From: Mobula hypostoma
Taxonomy: Eukaryota
Assembly: GCF_963921235.1 (NCBI RefSeq)
Contig: NC_086108.1
Span: 97,900,001-97,964,000 of the forward strand
Direction: 5' to 3'
Length of the DNA stretch: 64,000 nt
In this document: positions 8,960-21,969 of the stretch, one piece after another
How the letters are laid out: the number at the start of each line of letters is the position of its first letter
How positions within the stretch are numbered: the first letter of the stretch is position 1
Translations under genes and position numbers: made by a program
Notes under the pieces: generated by a model
Told to the model about the DNA's origin: nothing
What the model saw: only the letters and a program-made list of their open reading frames with translations
Database searches by the model: none

Positions 8960-11900
8960 TCTAAATTGGAGAAAGGCTAATTTTGAGGGTATCAGAAAGG
9001 ATCTGGCAAGTGTGGATTGGGACAGGTTGTTTTCTGGCAAAGGTGTACTTGGTAAGTGAGAGACCCTCAAAAATTAAATTTTGAGAGTTTGGATGTTCCT
9101 GTCAGAATAAAAGGCAGGGATAACAGGTTTAGGGAACCTTGGTTTTCGGAGATATTGAGGCCCTTGTTAAGAAAAAGGAGATGCATAGCAGGTATATGCT
9201 GGTAGGAACAAATGAGGTACTTGAGGAGTATAAGAAATGCAAGAGAACACTTAAGAAGGAAATCAGGAGGGGTAAAGGAAAGTGTGACAATGCTCTAACA
9301 GACAAGGTGAAAGAGAATCTCAAGGGCTTCTACAGATATACTAAAAGCAAAAGGATTGCAAGCGACAAAATTAGTCCTCAAGAAGATCGGAGTGGTCATC
9401 TACCCATTGAGCTGAAGGAGATGGAGGAGATCTGAAACAGATTTTTTTGCATCTGTATTTATTTGGGAGACAGATACAGAGTCTACAGAAGAGATGCAAT
9501 GAAGCAGCGAGGTCATGGACCATATACAGATTACAGAGGAGGAGGTGTTTGCTGTCTTGAGGCAAATTAGGGTGGATAAAGAGCCTGATAAGGTGTTCCC
9601 TCGGACCCTATGGGAGGCTCGTGCAAAAATTGTGGGGGCCCTAGCAGAGATATTTCAAACGCCCTTACCTCCAGGTGAGGTGCTGGAGGATTGGAGGATA
9701 GCTAATGTTGTTCTATTGTTTAAGAAAGGCTCCAAGAATAAGCCAGGAAATTATAGGCCAGTGGGCCTGACATCAGTATGTTTAAGTTAGTGGAGAGTAT
9801 TCTAAGGGACAGGATATATAAATATTTGGATAGACAGGGACTGATTAGGGATAGTCAACATGGTTTGATGCATGGTAGTTCAGGCCCAACAAATCTTATA
9901 CTGTTTTTCAAGGAAGTTACCATGTAGTTGATGAAGGCAAGGCAGTGGATGTTGTCTACATGGACTTCAGGAAGGCCATTGACAAGGCCTGCATGGGAGG
10001 TTGATCAAGAAGTTTCAGTCATTTGGCATTTAAGATGAGGTGGTAAACTGGATTAGATATTGGCTTCATGGGAGAAGCAAGAGAGTAGTAGTAGATGGTT
10101 GCTTCTCTGACTGGAAGCCTATAACCAGTGGAGTGCCACATGGATCGATGCTGGGACTCTTGTTTGTCATCTATATCAGTGATCTGGATGATAATGGGGT
10201 TAACTGGATCAGCAAATTTGTGGATGACATCAAGACTGGAGATGTAGTGGACAGTGAGGAAGACTATCAAAGCTTGTAGTGGGATCTGAACCAGCTGCAA
10301 AAATGGGCTGAGAAATGACAGATGGAATTTAATGCCTACAAGAGTGAGGTGTTGCACTTTCCATACGAGGATGGCATTTACACAGTGAATGGTATGGCAC
10401 TTAGGAGTGTGGTAGAACAAAAACAGATCCATAATTCCTTGAAAATGGTGTCACAGGAAGAGAGGGTAGTAAAAATAGATTTGGCAAATTGACCTTCATA
10501 AGGCAAAGTATTGAGTACAGAATTAGGGAGGATTTGTTGAAGTTGTATAAAACTTCGGTGAGGCCTAATTTGAAGAATTATGTACAGTTTTTGTTAACTA
10601 CCTACAGGAAAGATGTAAATAAGATTTAAAGAGTACAGATTAAATTTACAAGGACGTTCTCAAAACTTGAGGACCTGAGTTACAGGGAAAGGTGGAATAG
10701 GTTAGAATTTTATTCCCTGAAGTGTAGAAGAATAAGGGAAGCTTTGATAGAGATATAAGAAGTTATGAGGGGTATAGATAGGGTAAATGCAAGCAGGCTT
10801 TTTCAATAATAATAATAATAATAACAACAATAATAAGTACTTGATTGATCGTGAGTGGGAAATTCTTTCATTACAGCAGCAACATTTAAAAGCACACTTA
10901 GCAGTCTGAAGACTTTAACTAATAATAAAGTACAGAATAATAATATTTAGTAATGATTAACCAATGTGCAATAATTGGCAATAACGTGCAATACTAATGT
11001 ATGAAATAATAAAACAGAGACTATTGTACAACGATGTGTGTTCTCCTGTCACACAGAGATAAACTGTTGTATCTGCTTATTGCATATGATAGGGAAGATT
11101 TTCTGTAACGATCCTTGTGACAGTAGAGCTGAGTGAGCCTGTTCTAAAGGGTGCTCCGCTGATTATTCAGTAGATCATAGTCATAGTCGTAGTCATAGTC
11201 ATACTTTATTGATCCCAGGGGAAATGGAGACGATGTGCCTGATTGGCCATAATAGATAACAGTTTTTTCCTCTCCACCACTAACTCAAAAGAGTCCAGGT
11301 TGTAGCCAAGGACAGATCCAGCCTTTCTGATGTTGTTTTGCTTCACCTACACCGATGCTGCTCCCTCAGCAGAAAGGAGCAAAGAAGACAGCACTTGCTA
11401 CAACAGACTTGTAAAAGATCCCCTTCTTGTAAACAGCAATGGCGTTGGACTTCCAGTCAAGTCTGTTGTCGAGGTGAACACCCAAGTATTTGTACTCCTC
11501 CGCCACCTCAACCTCTTCTCCCAGAACGTATAAAGGACTCATCACAGTCCTCTTCCTTCGAAAATCAATAACCATCCCCCTGGTTTTGGCCACATTCAGG
11601 AGCAAGTGATTCCTCCTGCACCACTCCACAAACTTGTCCATCAGTCCTCTATACTCTGACTCCTGCCCATCTGTAATACACCTAACCACCGCAGAGTCAT
11701 CAGAGAACTTCTGCAAGTGGCAAGACTCAGGTTTGTGCTGAAAGTCTGAGGTGTACAGTGTGCACTGAAACAGAGACAGGACAATCCCTTCCAGTGCTCC
11801 AGTGCCACGCACCACCACCTCAGACGGAGTACAAACTGGGGTCTATCTGACAGGTAGACAGTAATCCAGGAGATAGTGGATTTGTTTACACCCATCCTTT

Positions 11901-12260
11901 GCAGCTTCTCGTTCAAAAACAGTGGCTGGATTATATTGAAGGCACTAGGGAAATCTCAGTTTGGGTGAGACTATAACTAGAGGCCATGGATTAAGGTTGA
12001 AGGGTGAAATGTTTAAGGGGAAACTGAGGAGGAACTTCTTCACTCAGAGGGTGGTGAGAATGTGGAATGAGCTGCCAGCGTATGTGGTAGATTTGGGTTT
12101 GAGTTCAACATTTAAGAGAAATTTGGAAAGGTACACGGATAAGAGGGTTTTAGAGGGCAATGGTTCAGTTGCAGGTTGATGGGACTAGGAAGATTAATAG
12201 TCTGGCATGGACTAGATGGGCCAAAGGGCCTGTTTCTGTACTGTCGTGTTCTATGACTAT
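8960..12260 (+). mobile_element. Old, degenerate CR1 ORF2 and 3'UTR, split by an insertion at about 10805-11950
   Basis: Broken ORFs 9139-9435, 9515-9790 (EDWRIANVVLLFKKG..NYRPV) and 10040-10279 (SGVPHGSMLG..FVDD). Resumes at 11961-12179 (TRGHGLRLKG..NFFTQRVV). CTATGA tail near 12251. Confidence 0.85.
10805..11950 (-). mobile_element. Rex1/Babar LINE 3' fragment with (TAT)n tail; contains a second short LINE tail at 11175-11225
   Basis: ORF 11366-11818 LQKFSDDSAVV..WCRRNHLLLNVAKTRGMVIDFR..YKYLGVHLDNRLDW. (AAT)n at 10805-10836. Confidence 0.85.
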
Positions 12261-12297
12261 AACTCTAGGACTTATACTAAAACTGACACTCAGATTA

Positions 12298-12532
12298 AAA
12301 ACAAGAGAAAATCTGCTGATGCTGGAAATCCAAGCAACACACACAAAAAGCTGGAGGAACTCAGCAGGCCAGGCAGCATCTATGGAAAAGAGTAAACAGT
12401 CAACGTTTTGGGCCGACACTATTCTCAGTCCTGATGAAGGGTCTCACCCCAAAACAGCGACTGTTCACTCTTTTCCATAGATGCTGCCTGGCCTGCTGGG
12501 TTCCTCCTGCAGTTTGTGTGTGTTGCTCGGAT
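12298..12532. repeat. Palindromic element built from inverted Penelope termini, hammerhead-like motif in the centre
   Basis: Arms of about 90 bp (..GGAGGAACTCAGCAGGCCAGGCAGCATCTATGGAAAAGAG.. / ..CTCTTTTCCATAGATGCTGCCTGGCCTGCTGGGTTCCTCC..). CTGATGA at 12431-12437. Confidence 0.85.
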
Positions 12533-13339
12533 TAAAAAGTCATCATGAAGTGTTAACCATTTCTCTCTTGACATTTCCTGGTTTTAATCAAGATATTCAG
12601 TATCTGCAGCTTTTTTTTTACTAACAATATGAAGGGAAGTACATCTGCTTCATTGCAACAGCCCTTTTTCAACTGAACTTGGACCTGAAACCTGTGTTGG
12701 AAAATATGACAGTCTGACACAAGTGTCTTCGGGTAAAAGTGTATGCTGCAAACCTAAAGGAAAACAGGCTGTTCGTATTGATACAGCATAATGGACTCAC
12801 ACCGCACTGGGATATTACAGAGCAAGACACAGTGGGAACGATAATTTGTTTTTCAGTTTCAGGCTACAATTTATGGGATTCATGTTGTGCAACAGGAATA
12901 TGAACAGGGAAGTTGGCAACAGGAATTTCCGTTCTAAAACATATACTCTGTCTGAGAGGATAATGTGAAATGCTGAGGTCTGAGGTGATTCCTCACCACT
13001 GGAATTCCCCTACCAGCTTAACAGGGAGGAAAGAAGGGGCAGCTTTACACAGGCACTCAGAGACACTTAAATATTATTAAAATTGCAATGAATAACTTTA
13101 AAAACAAAACCGTTTTAAAAATAAAAGTAGAACAATCCAAATACATAAAAGCACTGAAATTATTAAAATATTAAAACAAACTAAAATACTTCTAAACATT
13201 AAGAAGTAGTTCTATTTGTCACATGTATATCGAAACACTGAAACACACAGGGAAATGTGCCCTTTGTGTCAACAACCAACACTGTCTGAAGACGTGCTGG
13301 GGACAGCCACAAGTGTCACCATTCTTGCAATGCCAACGT

Positions 13340-14010
13340 TTAGATTTAGATTCAACTTTATTGTCATTGTGCCGAGTACAGATACAAAGCCAATGAATGC
13401 ATTTAGCATCTGACCAGAAATGCAAAGAATAGTGTTATTTACAAAATAACTGAGAATAAAAAAAGTGCTACAGCACACAAATATAAAAGTACTGAGACAG
13501 TACAATATGGGTGCAATACTGCTTAGCGCTGTGATGAGAGGTTCAGCAGGGTCACAGCCGCAGGGAAGAAGCTCTTCCTGTGCCTGCTGGTGCGGGAGAG
13601 GAGGCTCCTGTAGCGCCTACCAGATGGGAGGAGAGTAAAAAGTCCATGGTTAGGGTGAGATGCATCCCTGATAATGCTTTTCGCCCTGCCCAGGCAGCGT
13701 TTATGGTAGATGTTCTCAATGGTGGGCAATTGGTTGCCGATAATATGCTGGGCAGTTTTCACCACACGCTGGAGTGCTTTGCGGTCCAATATGGGACAAT
13801 TGCCATAACACACTGAGATGCAGTTGGTGAGTATGCTCTCACTGGTACAGCGGTAAAAGTCCGTCAGTATCCTGGGACAGAGGTGAGCTTTCTTGATGCT
13901 CCGCAGGAAATAAAGGCGCTGTTGCACCTTTTTGATCAGGATGGAGGAGATCAGGGACCAGGTGAGATCCTCAGAAATGTGGCCACCAAGGAATTTGAAG
14001 CTTGATACCC
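13340..14010 (-). mobile_element. Rex1/Babar-type LINE 3' fragment
   Basis: ORF 13523-13927 QQRLYFLR..FYRCTSESILTNCISVCYGNC..LLPSGRRYRS..SFFP. Minus-strand tail AATAAAGTTGAATCTAAATCTAAA. Confidence 0.85.
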
Positions 14011-14035
14011 ATAATTCACTACCCTCTACATCTTG

Positions 14036-14335
14036 GGCCCCGTTGTGGCATAGCGGTTAGCGTGATGCTATTACAGCTTGGGACATCAGAGTTCAGAGTT
14101 CAATCCTGATGCCATCTGTAAAGAGTCTGCATGCCCTCTCTGCAGAAAGCATGGGTCTCCTCCAGATGCACTGGTTTCCTCCTACAGTCCAAAGGCATAC
14201 CAGTTAGTGGGTTAATTGTTCATTGTAAATGGTCCCATGATTCGGCTAGGATTAAATTGGGGGTCGCTGGGCGGGGCAGCCCAGAGGGATGGAATGGCCT
14301 GTTCTACACTCTATCTCAGTAAATAAATAAATAGA
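14036..14335 (+). mobile_element. tRNA-derived V-SINE (HE1-like)
   Basis: A box TGGCATAGCGG 14046-14056; B box GTTCAATCC 14098-14106; V-domain-like GGTTTCCTCCTACAGTCCAAAG; (TAAA)n tail. Confidence 0.75.
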
Positions 14336-16299
14336 TGAATCAACCTTTGGAAAGTGAGAGGAAACCAGACCAGCTGGAGGAAACCAATGTGGTCATGGGG
14401 AGAATGTATTACTGACAGCCTTGGGGATTGAACCATGATCAGTAGCATCGTAAAGCGTTATGCTAACCACCATACTACCACGCCGCTGGAAGGACTGCGG
14501 TGGTTAAAGGAGGTAGCTCACCATCACCTTCTCAAGGGCAACTCAGGGCGGAGAATAAGCATCAGTCTTGGCGAAATTCTCCACGTTTATATGATAAATA
14601 GTTGTCTTTCAATCAATGCCCAGGAAAATTGAAAATAAAAACCAAACCAAAAATCCTGGAACTGGGAAATGACAACAGCAAGTCCCAACAAAGGTTAAAG
14701 GTGTTGTGGATAGTGACAAAGTTTGCCGTATGTCATAATGGGATACAGACAGGATGTAGAGTTGGGTGGAGAAGTGGCGGATGGAGGTCAATCCAGAAAA
14801 GTAGAATGAATTGATACATTTTGCAAGATTAAATCCGAAAGCTGAGTACATAGTTAGTCGCAGCATTCTTGAAATGTGAAATTTAAAATTTAAAGTAAAT
14901 TTATCGTTATACCTTAAGATTAATTTTCTTGCAGGCATTTACAAGAAAAGAAATATAATATAATAGAATTTCATGAAAAGCTATATGTAGACAGACACAG
15001 ACTGACAATGTGCAATAGAAGACAAACTGTGCAGGTAAAAAAAATATTAAGAACATGAGTCCTAAAGGGTCCTAGAAAAACGGATGGTATGTCGTAGAAT
15101 TAGTTCAGAGCAATGGTGATTGAAGTTATTTATACTGGTTCAAGAGCCTGATGGTTGTAGGGTAATAAATGATTCTGAACCTGATGGTGTGGGACCTAAG
15201 GCTTTTGTACCTTCTGCCTAATGGTAGTAGTGAGAAGAGAGCATGGCCTGGATGGTGATGGGTCTTTGAACAATGATGCTGCTTTCTTGTGCCAGTGCTC
15301 CATATAAATAGGGTATTGGGATATCCCTTAAAGTTGACATGCAAATTGAAAGGGTGGTTAAGAAGGTGTAGAGTTTGCTTCCCTTCACTGGTTGGGCGAT
15401 TGGCTTCAAGAGCCACGAGTAATGTTCTAGCCCTATAAAACCCAAGTAGACCATACTTGGACAATTGAGTTCAGCTCTGGTCACCTCATTATAGGAACAA
15501 TATGGAAGGTTTAAAAAGAGTAAAGAAGAGGAAGTTTAATAGAGATGCCAGAGGTAGTTTTACACAGAGAATGGTGGGTGTCTGGAACACACTGCCAGGG
15601 CTGGTGGTAGAAATGGATACAATAGAAACATTTAAAAGACTCAGATAGCACATGGATGATAGAAAAACAAAGGATTACTGACTATGTAAGAGGGAAAGGT
15701 TAGATTGATGGTGAGATAGGTTTATATACAATAAGTCAGAACTATTTGCAGGTCGAAGGGCCTGTACTCTGCTGAAGTGGCTATATTAAAATTCTGGCGA
15801 TATCCAGCAGAAATCTCGGAATCTGTGGGAAAAATAGAGTCCTAAGTATAAATCTTAGACCTGAAACACTGATTCTGTTTTTCTCGCCACAGGTGCTGCC
15901 TGTCCTGCTGAGTATTTTCTGGTTTTATTTCACACAAACAGGGTATTTGGCCATTGCGATGTTGCTGTTTCTGGGATCTTGCTGTGTACAAAATGGCTGC
16001 TTTGCTTCCTGAACTGTAACACAGACTACACTTCATCCGCACTCACTACAACACAGCGCATCAGATCTGTGCCACCCCCAACAGAGCAATCTGATCCATC
16101 TCAGTCCTCCCTCATTTTCCCTATAGCCCTGCCACTTATCCTATCCCATCAGCCATCCGTAACCTATCCTCCCAATCCCTTTGCCATCCAGCTACACTGG
16201 GAACATAGCCATTCACAACCAGCTGCATTATCAGCACATATCTGTGCCGTGGGAGAAACTGGTGCATCCAGTGGGATCCCACATACTCAGAATCAAAAT

Positions 16300-16500
16300 C
16301 AGGTCAGGCAGCATCTGTGGAGTAAACAGTCGATGTTTTGGGCCGAGACCCTCCATCAGGAATCTCAGTCTGAAACCTCGAGTCTTGACCCGAAATGGCG
16401 GCTGTTTACTCCTTTCCACAGATGCTGCCTGACCTCCTGCGTTCCTCCAGTATTTTGTGTGTGTTGCTCTGGATTTCCAGCATCTGCAGGATCGCTTGTG
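16300..16500. repeat. Palindromic Penelope-terminus element
   Basis: AGGTCAGGCAGCATCTGTGGA..AGTAAACAG / CTGTTTACT..TCCACAGATGCTGCCTGACCT inverted arms. Confidence 0.75.
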
Positions 16501-17044
16501 TTTAGAATCAGATTTACTATCACCGACATAATGTTGTGAAAATTGGTTAGTGGCAGCAGTACAGTGCAAGACATTAAAAACATTACCATAGTTACAAAAA
16601 GGTAAATAAATATTGCAAGAGGAATAGTGTGGTGGTGTTCGTGGGTTTATGGACCGTTCAGAAATCTGACAGTGGAGAGGAAGAACCTGTTCCTAAAACA
16701 CTGAGCGTGGGTCTTCAGACTCCTGTATCTTCTCCCTGGTGGTGGTAATGAGAAGAGGGCATGGGATGGGTCACGGAGAGAACATGAAATCCCACTAAGG
16801 TCAGGATTCCTGACAGGGAGCAGTGAGGCATCAGCACTAACTGCTGCACCACCGTTCCACCATCTTCATTATCTGTGTCGTGCTTGGAACATCTTCAATC
16901 TGTCAGTCTGTATCTCCAAGCGATTTCCCAGATCCAACAAAAGTGCAACTGTAGGAGCGATCTCATCATTAAGGACACCATCCCGTCATTAAGGACCGCC
17001 ACCATCCAGGACTTGCTCTCTTCTCATTACTTGAGTGTTTTCAG

Positions 17045-18440
17045 CAACATTCAACCCGAGAAAGCAGAATCGGTTACCAAAAAAAAACCACACCCATCTC
17101 ATGAGCTGAGGTGGCTTCTGGTGCATACTTCAATGCATCTCTCCGTAAGTTATAGTGTGACGAGCGTGTGAAGAGAGACAGCGACAGACATTGGACCAAA
17201 CGACGCGCTGTATAAAGAGAGAGTAGGCTCTGTTGAACTGGCAGGAATGCTGTGACTTGTGTTTTGAAGGTTTTAATTGGTTTCCCGTTGAGCCGTGCTG
17301 GGCGAGAGGTGGCAGCGATCGCAGCTGTGTTTGCTAATATCACATGCTCCACTCGCACCCAATTCAATTGGGTTCCTTGGGTGGTTCGCTCTCAGTCAGC
17401 TGGCAATGCATGCAGAGCGGGGCTGCAAATTATAGATTTCCTGCTGTTCTTCTGCCATCAGCGTGCGCGCAAAAGCGGGCACGGCACAGTCGATTTTAAA
17501 TAAACTTGTAACGTGTGGGTTATTCGAAACTGCTTCGCACTATATATGTTCTGTGTGTGTGTGTGTGTTTTTTTTTGCAGAGTTCAGAGCCACTCACACC
17601 GCGGCCCAATATTAGTCTCTGCTGTAGATTGAGCGGGAAGGAATTATCATCCCGGCATCAAACCATTAGCAGTGGTACTGGTTGGGGAGGGCGCGGGATA
17701 TCCGCGTTTGAACCGATGCGAAGGAGCCGGCGAAGATCACAGAAGGAGAAACTTGCCTCAGCGTAGCGCGGGCTTTTAATTTTTAATGAATCCTTCAGCA
17801 GTCAAGAGAATCCGCGACCAGGTATCGCCGCCCAGCTTTGAGCACATGAGCGCGCTGATGGCCAGGTCCTGGAAATGCATTAAGAGATGCAAGTCTTGCC
17901 TTGGGGAAACGAGAGAGGGGGGAAAAATCAGTATTATGTGATGCAGACTGTAACAGATTGTTAAAAAATCGATTGGAAGCTACGATTTCTTTGGAGCCGT
18001 ATCAGTATCCCGTGTAATCCGAACAGTCCAACTGGATTTACAGATATTCAATGTTGTCCTAACATTATCCATGTGTGAAAGTGAAGCCAGTGAACACGGT
18101 TTATAGTGGGACCGGCAAGAGGAAAAGCTAATGGCCTGGACAGCTGAAAAAATACCAAACGGCTCTGAATGCAACCCACGTCGTGGCTGGTTCGAACAAA
18201 TTGTACTTTTGGAAATGGCAGCTTTTTATTGATGGCTTGATAATAATTTGGTGGCAGGAACTTCCCTGAATCACCATTGGCTGTCTAGATCGTAATTTGC
18301 ATATCAAACAAAGAAATCGGAGCGGGAAGTTTTCACCTCGACTCCGCTCCATGATTAGGCTGATCGGATCTAGGTCGTGCTTTCTTGTCTGCTCCCCAGG
18401 CCCAAACCCATGAATCCTCCTAGGTCTGAGAATCACTTCA
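17045..18440. promoter_or_regulatory. CpG-rich island with no recognisable repeats; candidate promoter/exon region of an unidentified host gene
   Basis: Many CG and GCGC words compared with CpG-depleted flanks. ATTGG 17190-17194, TATAAA 17211-17216, donor-like GTAAGT 17145, strong acceptor (TG)n-T-run-GCAG ending 17580, CAG|GTATCG at 17821. Confidence 0.4.
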
Positions 18441-18882
18441 TGTTTTGGAGAGCCCTAATGACTCAACCTGACTGGACTTCAACTTATTTTGAGTCAAAAT
18501 AAACTTTATTCATAATAAAAATACTTACAAGAATAGACCTTGCAATGCCATTTCATTATTACATTCATGATCAATGCTTTCATTACTGTTCTATTACATA
18601 CCTACATACAAGAAGCAATGCTGCCCCTCATGTGACCCTGTTCACTACTACAGTAATTAAGGGGTTTCTCGACCAACCCCGACCTGATCATGAGTCTATT
18701 CCCATCCTACCTGTATTCAGACCATATCCCTCCAAACACTCACGTGCCTGTACCTATGGAAACTTCTTCTGAATGTTACAATTGAACCTGCACCTAACTC
18801 TTTTGCTGGCAGCTCCACACTCAATTCACCTTCTAAGCCAGGGGTTCACAACTTTGTTGGTACCATTGGACAAGGAGTCCAT

Positions 18883-20383
18883 GGTAATCATTTTCCAATG
18901 TTCTATAGATTCAGGATTAGTTCCTGTGGATTGGAGGGTGGCTAATGTTGTCCCTCTCTTCAAGAAAGGAGGGAGAGAGAAAACAGGGAACTATAGACCA
19001 GTTAGCCTGACGTCGGTGTGGGAAAGATGCTGGAGTCAATTATAAAAGATGAAATTACGACACATTTGGATGGCAGTAACAGGATCGGTCCGAGTCAGCA
19101 TGGATTTACGAAGGGGCAATCATGCTTTACTAATCTTCTGGAATTTTTTGAGAATGTAACTATGAAAATGGACAAGGGAAAGCCAATGGATGTAGTGTAC
19201 CTGGACTTTCAGAAAGCCTTTGATAAAGTCCCACATAGGAGATTAATGGGCAAAATTAGGGCACATGGTATTGGGGGCAGGGTACTGACATGGATTGAAA
19301 ATTGGCTGGCTGACAGAAAACAAAGTGTAGCGATTAACGGGTCCCTTTCGGAATGGTAGGCAGTGACCAGTGGAGTACCGCAGGGTTCAGTGCTGGGACC
19401 GCAGCTGTTTACAATATACATCAATGATTTAGATGAAGGGATTAAAAAATAACATTAGCAAATTTGCCGATGACACAAAGCTGGGTGGCAGTGTGAAATG
19501 TGAGGAGGATGTTATGAGAATGCAGGGTGACTTGGACAGGTTGGGTGAGTGGGCAGATGCATGGCAGATGCAGTTTAATGTGGATAATTGTGAGGTTATC
19601 CACTTTGGTGGTAAGAACAGGAAGGTAGATTATTATCTAAATGGAGTCAAGTTAGGGAAAGGGGATGTACAACAAGATCTAGGTGTTCTTGTACATCAGT
19701 CACTGAAAGCAAGCAGGCAGGTACAGTAGGCAGTGAAGAAAGCTAATGGCATGCTGGCCTTCATAACAAGGGGAATTGAGTATAAGAGCAAAGAGGTCCT
19801 TCTGCAGCTGTACAGGGCCCTGGTGAGACCACACCTGGAGTATTGTGTGCAGTTTTGGTCTCCAAATTTGAGGAAGGACATTCTTGCTATTGAGGGAGTG
19901 CGGCGTATGTTCACAAGTTAATTCCCGGGATGGTGGGACTGTCAAGTGTTGAAAGATTGGAGTGACTGGGCTTGTGTACACTGGAATTTAGAAGGATGAA
20001 AGGGGATCTGATTGAAACATATAAGATTATTAAGGGATTGGACACGCTGGAGGCAGGAAGTACGTTCCCGCTGATGGGTGAGTCCGGAACCAGAGGTTAC
20101 AGTTTAAGAATAAGGGGTAGGCCATTTAGAACGGAGTTGAGGAAAAACTTTTTCACCCAGAGAGTGGTAGATATGTGGAATGCTCTGCCCCAGAAGGCTG
20201 TGGAGGCCAAGTCTCTGGATGTTTTCAAGAAAGAGATGGATAGAGCTCTTAAAGATAGTGGAATCAAAGGTTATGGGGATAAGGCAGGAACTGGATACTG
20301 ATTGTGAATGATCAGCCATGATCACAGTGAATGGCGGTGCTGGCTCAAAGGGCCAAATGGCCTACTATTGTCTATTGTCTATT
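18883..20383 (+). mobile_element. 5'-truncated CR1 LINE (RT region, several frameshifts/stops) with (CTATTGT)n tail
   Basis: ORFs 18773-19045, 19018-19359 (YLDFQKAFDKVPH), 19433-19729 (FADD), 19733-19921 and 19972-20301; CR1 3'UTR. Confidence 0.9.
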
Positions 20384-20500
20384 GACCCAGGTTGGTACCA
20401 TTGGGCAAGGAGTCCGTGGACCCAGGTTGGAACCAACGGGCAAGGAGTCCGTGGACCCAGGTTGGTACCAATGGGCAAGGAGTGCGTGAACCCAGGTTGG
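20384..20500. repeat. 35-bp tandem repeat, about 3.3 units
   Basis: GACCCAGGTTGGTACCATTGGGCAAGGAGTCCGTG units start at 20384, 20419 and 20454, partial unit at 20489; a related partial unit lies at 18856-18883. Confidence 0.95.
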
Positions 20501-20509
20501 AAACCCCTC

Positions 20510-21050
20510 TGCCTATATGAAGAAGTTCTCCTTCAGATTCCACATATATATTTCACCTTTCACCCTTAATCTAATACTCAAATGTCTGGCCTCACCCAAT
20601 CTGAGGGGAAAAAACCTGTATGCATTTACCCTATCTATACACCTCACAATTTTGTATACCCATACATGATCTCCCTTATTCTCCTGTGTTCCAGGGAACA
20701 AAGTCCTAATCTATTCAATCTTTTCCTATAGCTCAGCTCTTCAAGTCCTGGCAACATCCTTATAAATTTTCTCTGCTCCCTTTCAAGCTTATTGACATTT
20801 TCCTGTAGACGGGTGACAAGAATTGCACACTTTGGTCTAAAATCAGCTTCACCAATGTCTTGTGCAACTTCAAAGTAACATTTCAACTCCTTACTCAATG
20901 TGCTGACTTATAAAGGCCAATGCATGACAAACTCTTTTTACAACCCTATCTACCTGTATGGCATTTTCAAGGAATTATGGATCTGTATTCCCAGGTCCCC
21001 TTGTCCTATGGCATACCTCAGAGCCCCACCGCCCTGGTTTGTCCTCCCAA
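20510..21050 (-). mobile_element. Old CR1 3' fragment; its 3' portion continues at about 18690-18835
   Basis: ORFs 20644-20898 (KLEREQRKFIRMLPGLEELSY..LGLCSLE) and 20513-20701. Confidence 0.75.
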
Positions 21051-21969
21051 TTGTTCTCAGTGTTAGGAGTGTTCAGAAGTTTTGATGGCTTCGACAGATG
21101 GCAAAGGTGGAGCCCGGATTTTGCTGCTAATTTTGTAGGCACGCCTCATAGGCACTACTTCCTCATCTGTTAAGTCTAGGTCACTGACTGCACATACATT
21201 TTGCTTCACCAATCCGAACCAGGTTACTGAGCGACATCTGGAAGTCCCGGCAGCAAGAGTTAGTTGTGGGATTCACACAGCGAAATCAAGACCTTGTCCT
21301 ACACATCAAGGAAACAGAGAGTTTCCTTCAGAGGGAATAGTTAGTTGTCTTGCCTTTTACCCAGTGAATGACGTGGCTTTATCTCTGAAAGTGAATAAAG
21401 AAAGTGATCAAACATCCTGGCAGTAGTAATCGGCACTGGAGGACAAAAATAATCATAAAGCTGGATATGAAGAAAAAGTTTTAATACACAGTGTTCAGCT
21501 TTGGAAAGTCTACCAGGATGTTTTAGTAAATGTACATTGAGAAGTCATCGATAATCTGAAAGTAGTTCTAAAAGAGAAGGAGCAAGCCAAATAAAAAGCG
21601 ACATATCCAAGAGCTTGCTTTCTAAAGTGAGATCTGAACAGTGTGGTCCCATGTTCTCACTAACATTCTGTTGATTCTTATATACCAAGCCAGGATTTTC
21701 CCCGCTGCTAGTCTTTCTCACTGTATTTAAAAGCAAGGTTGATATTTCATGGCTGCATAACTAGAACTGGAAAATCAGCCAGAGTTTGCAAAGGATGAAG
21801 CAAGCATAGAGGAGAAGGATTAGAGTCATAGAGTTGTTGAAATCAGATCCACATCCACATTTCCACTGGCAGCTCTCACCACCTTCTGAGTGAAGAAGTT
21901 CCCCTCATGTTCCTCTTAAACATTTCACCTTTCACGCTTAACCCATGAAGTGGTTCTTTGGTTCCTCAG

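Larger units (their letters stand above)
18839..20508. mobile_element. hAT-like MITE with an internal 35-bp tandem repeat, interrupted by a CR1
   Basis: Imperfect TIRs CAGGGGTTCACAAC (18839-18852) and GTTGGAAACCCCT (20496-20508). The same repeat unit occurs on both sides of the CR1. No 8-bp TSD found. Confidence 0.6.

Noticed and set aside
14046..14110. tRNA-like A/B boxes here and near 39596, 43040, 50435 and 28125
   Set aside because: These are SINE heads followed by V- or Deu-type bodies; no complete cloverleaf is evident.
20384..20500. Regular 35-bp repeats superficially resembling a CRISPR array
   Set aside because: Head-to-tail units without unique spacers, eukaryotic context, no cas genes.
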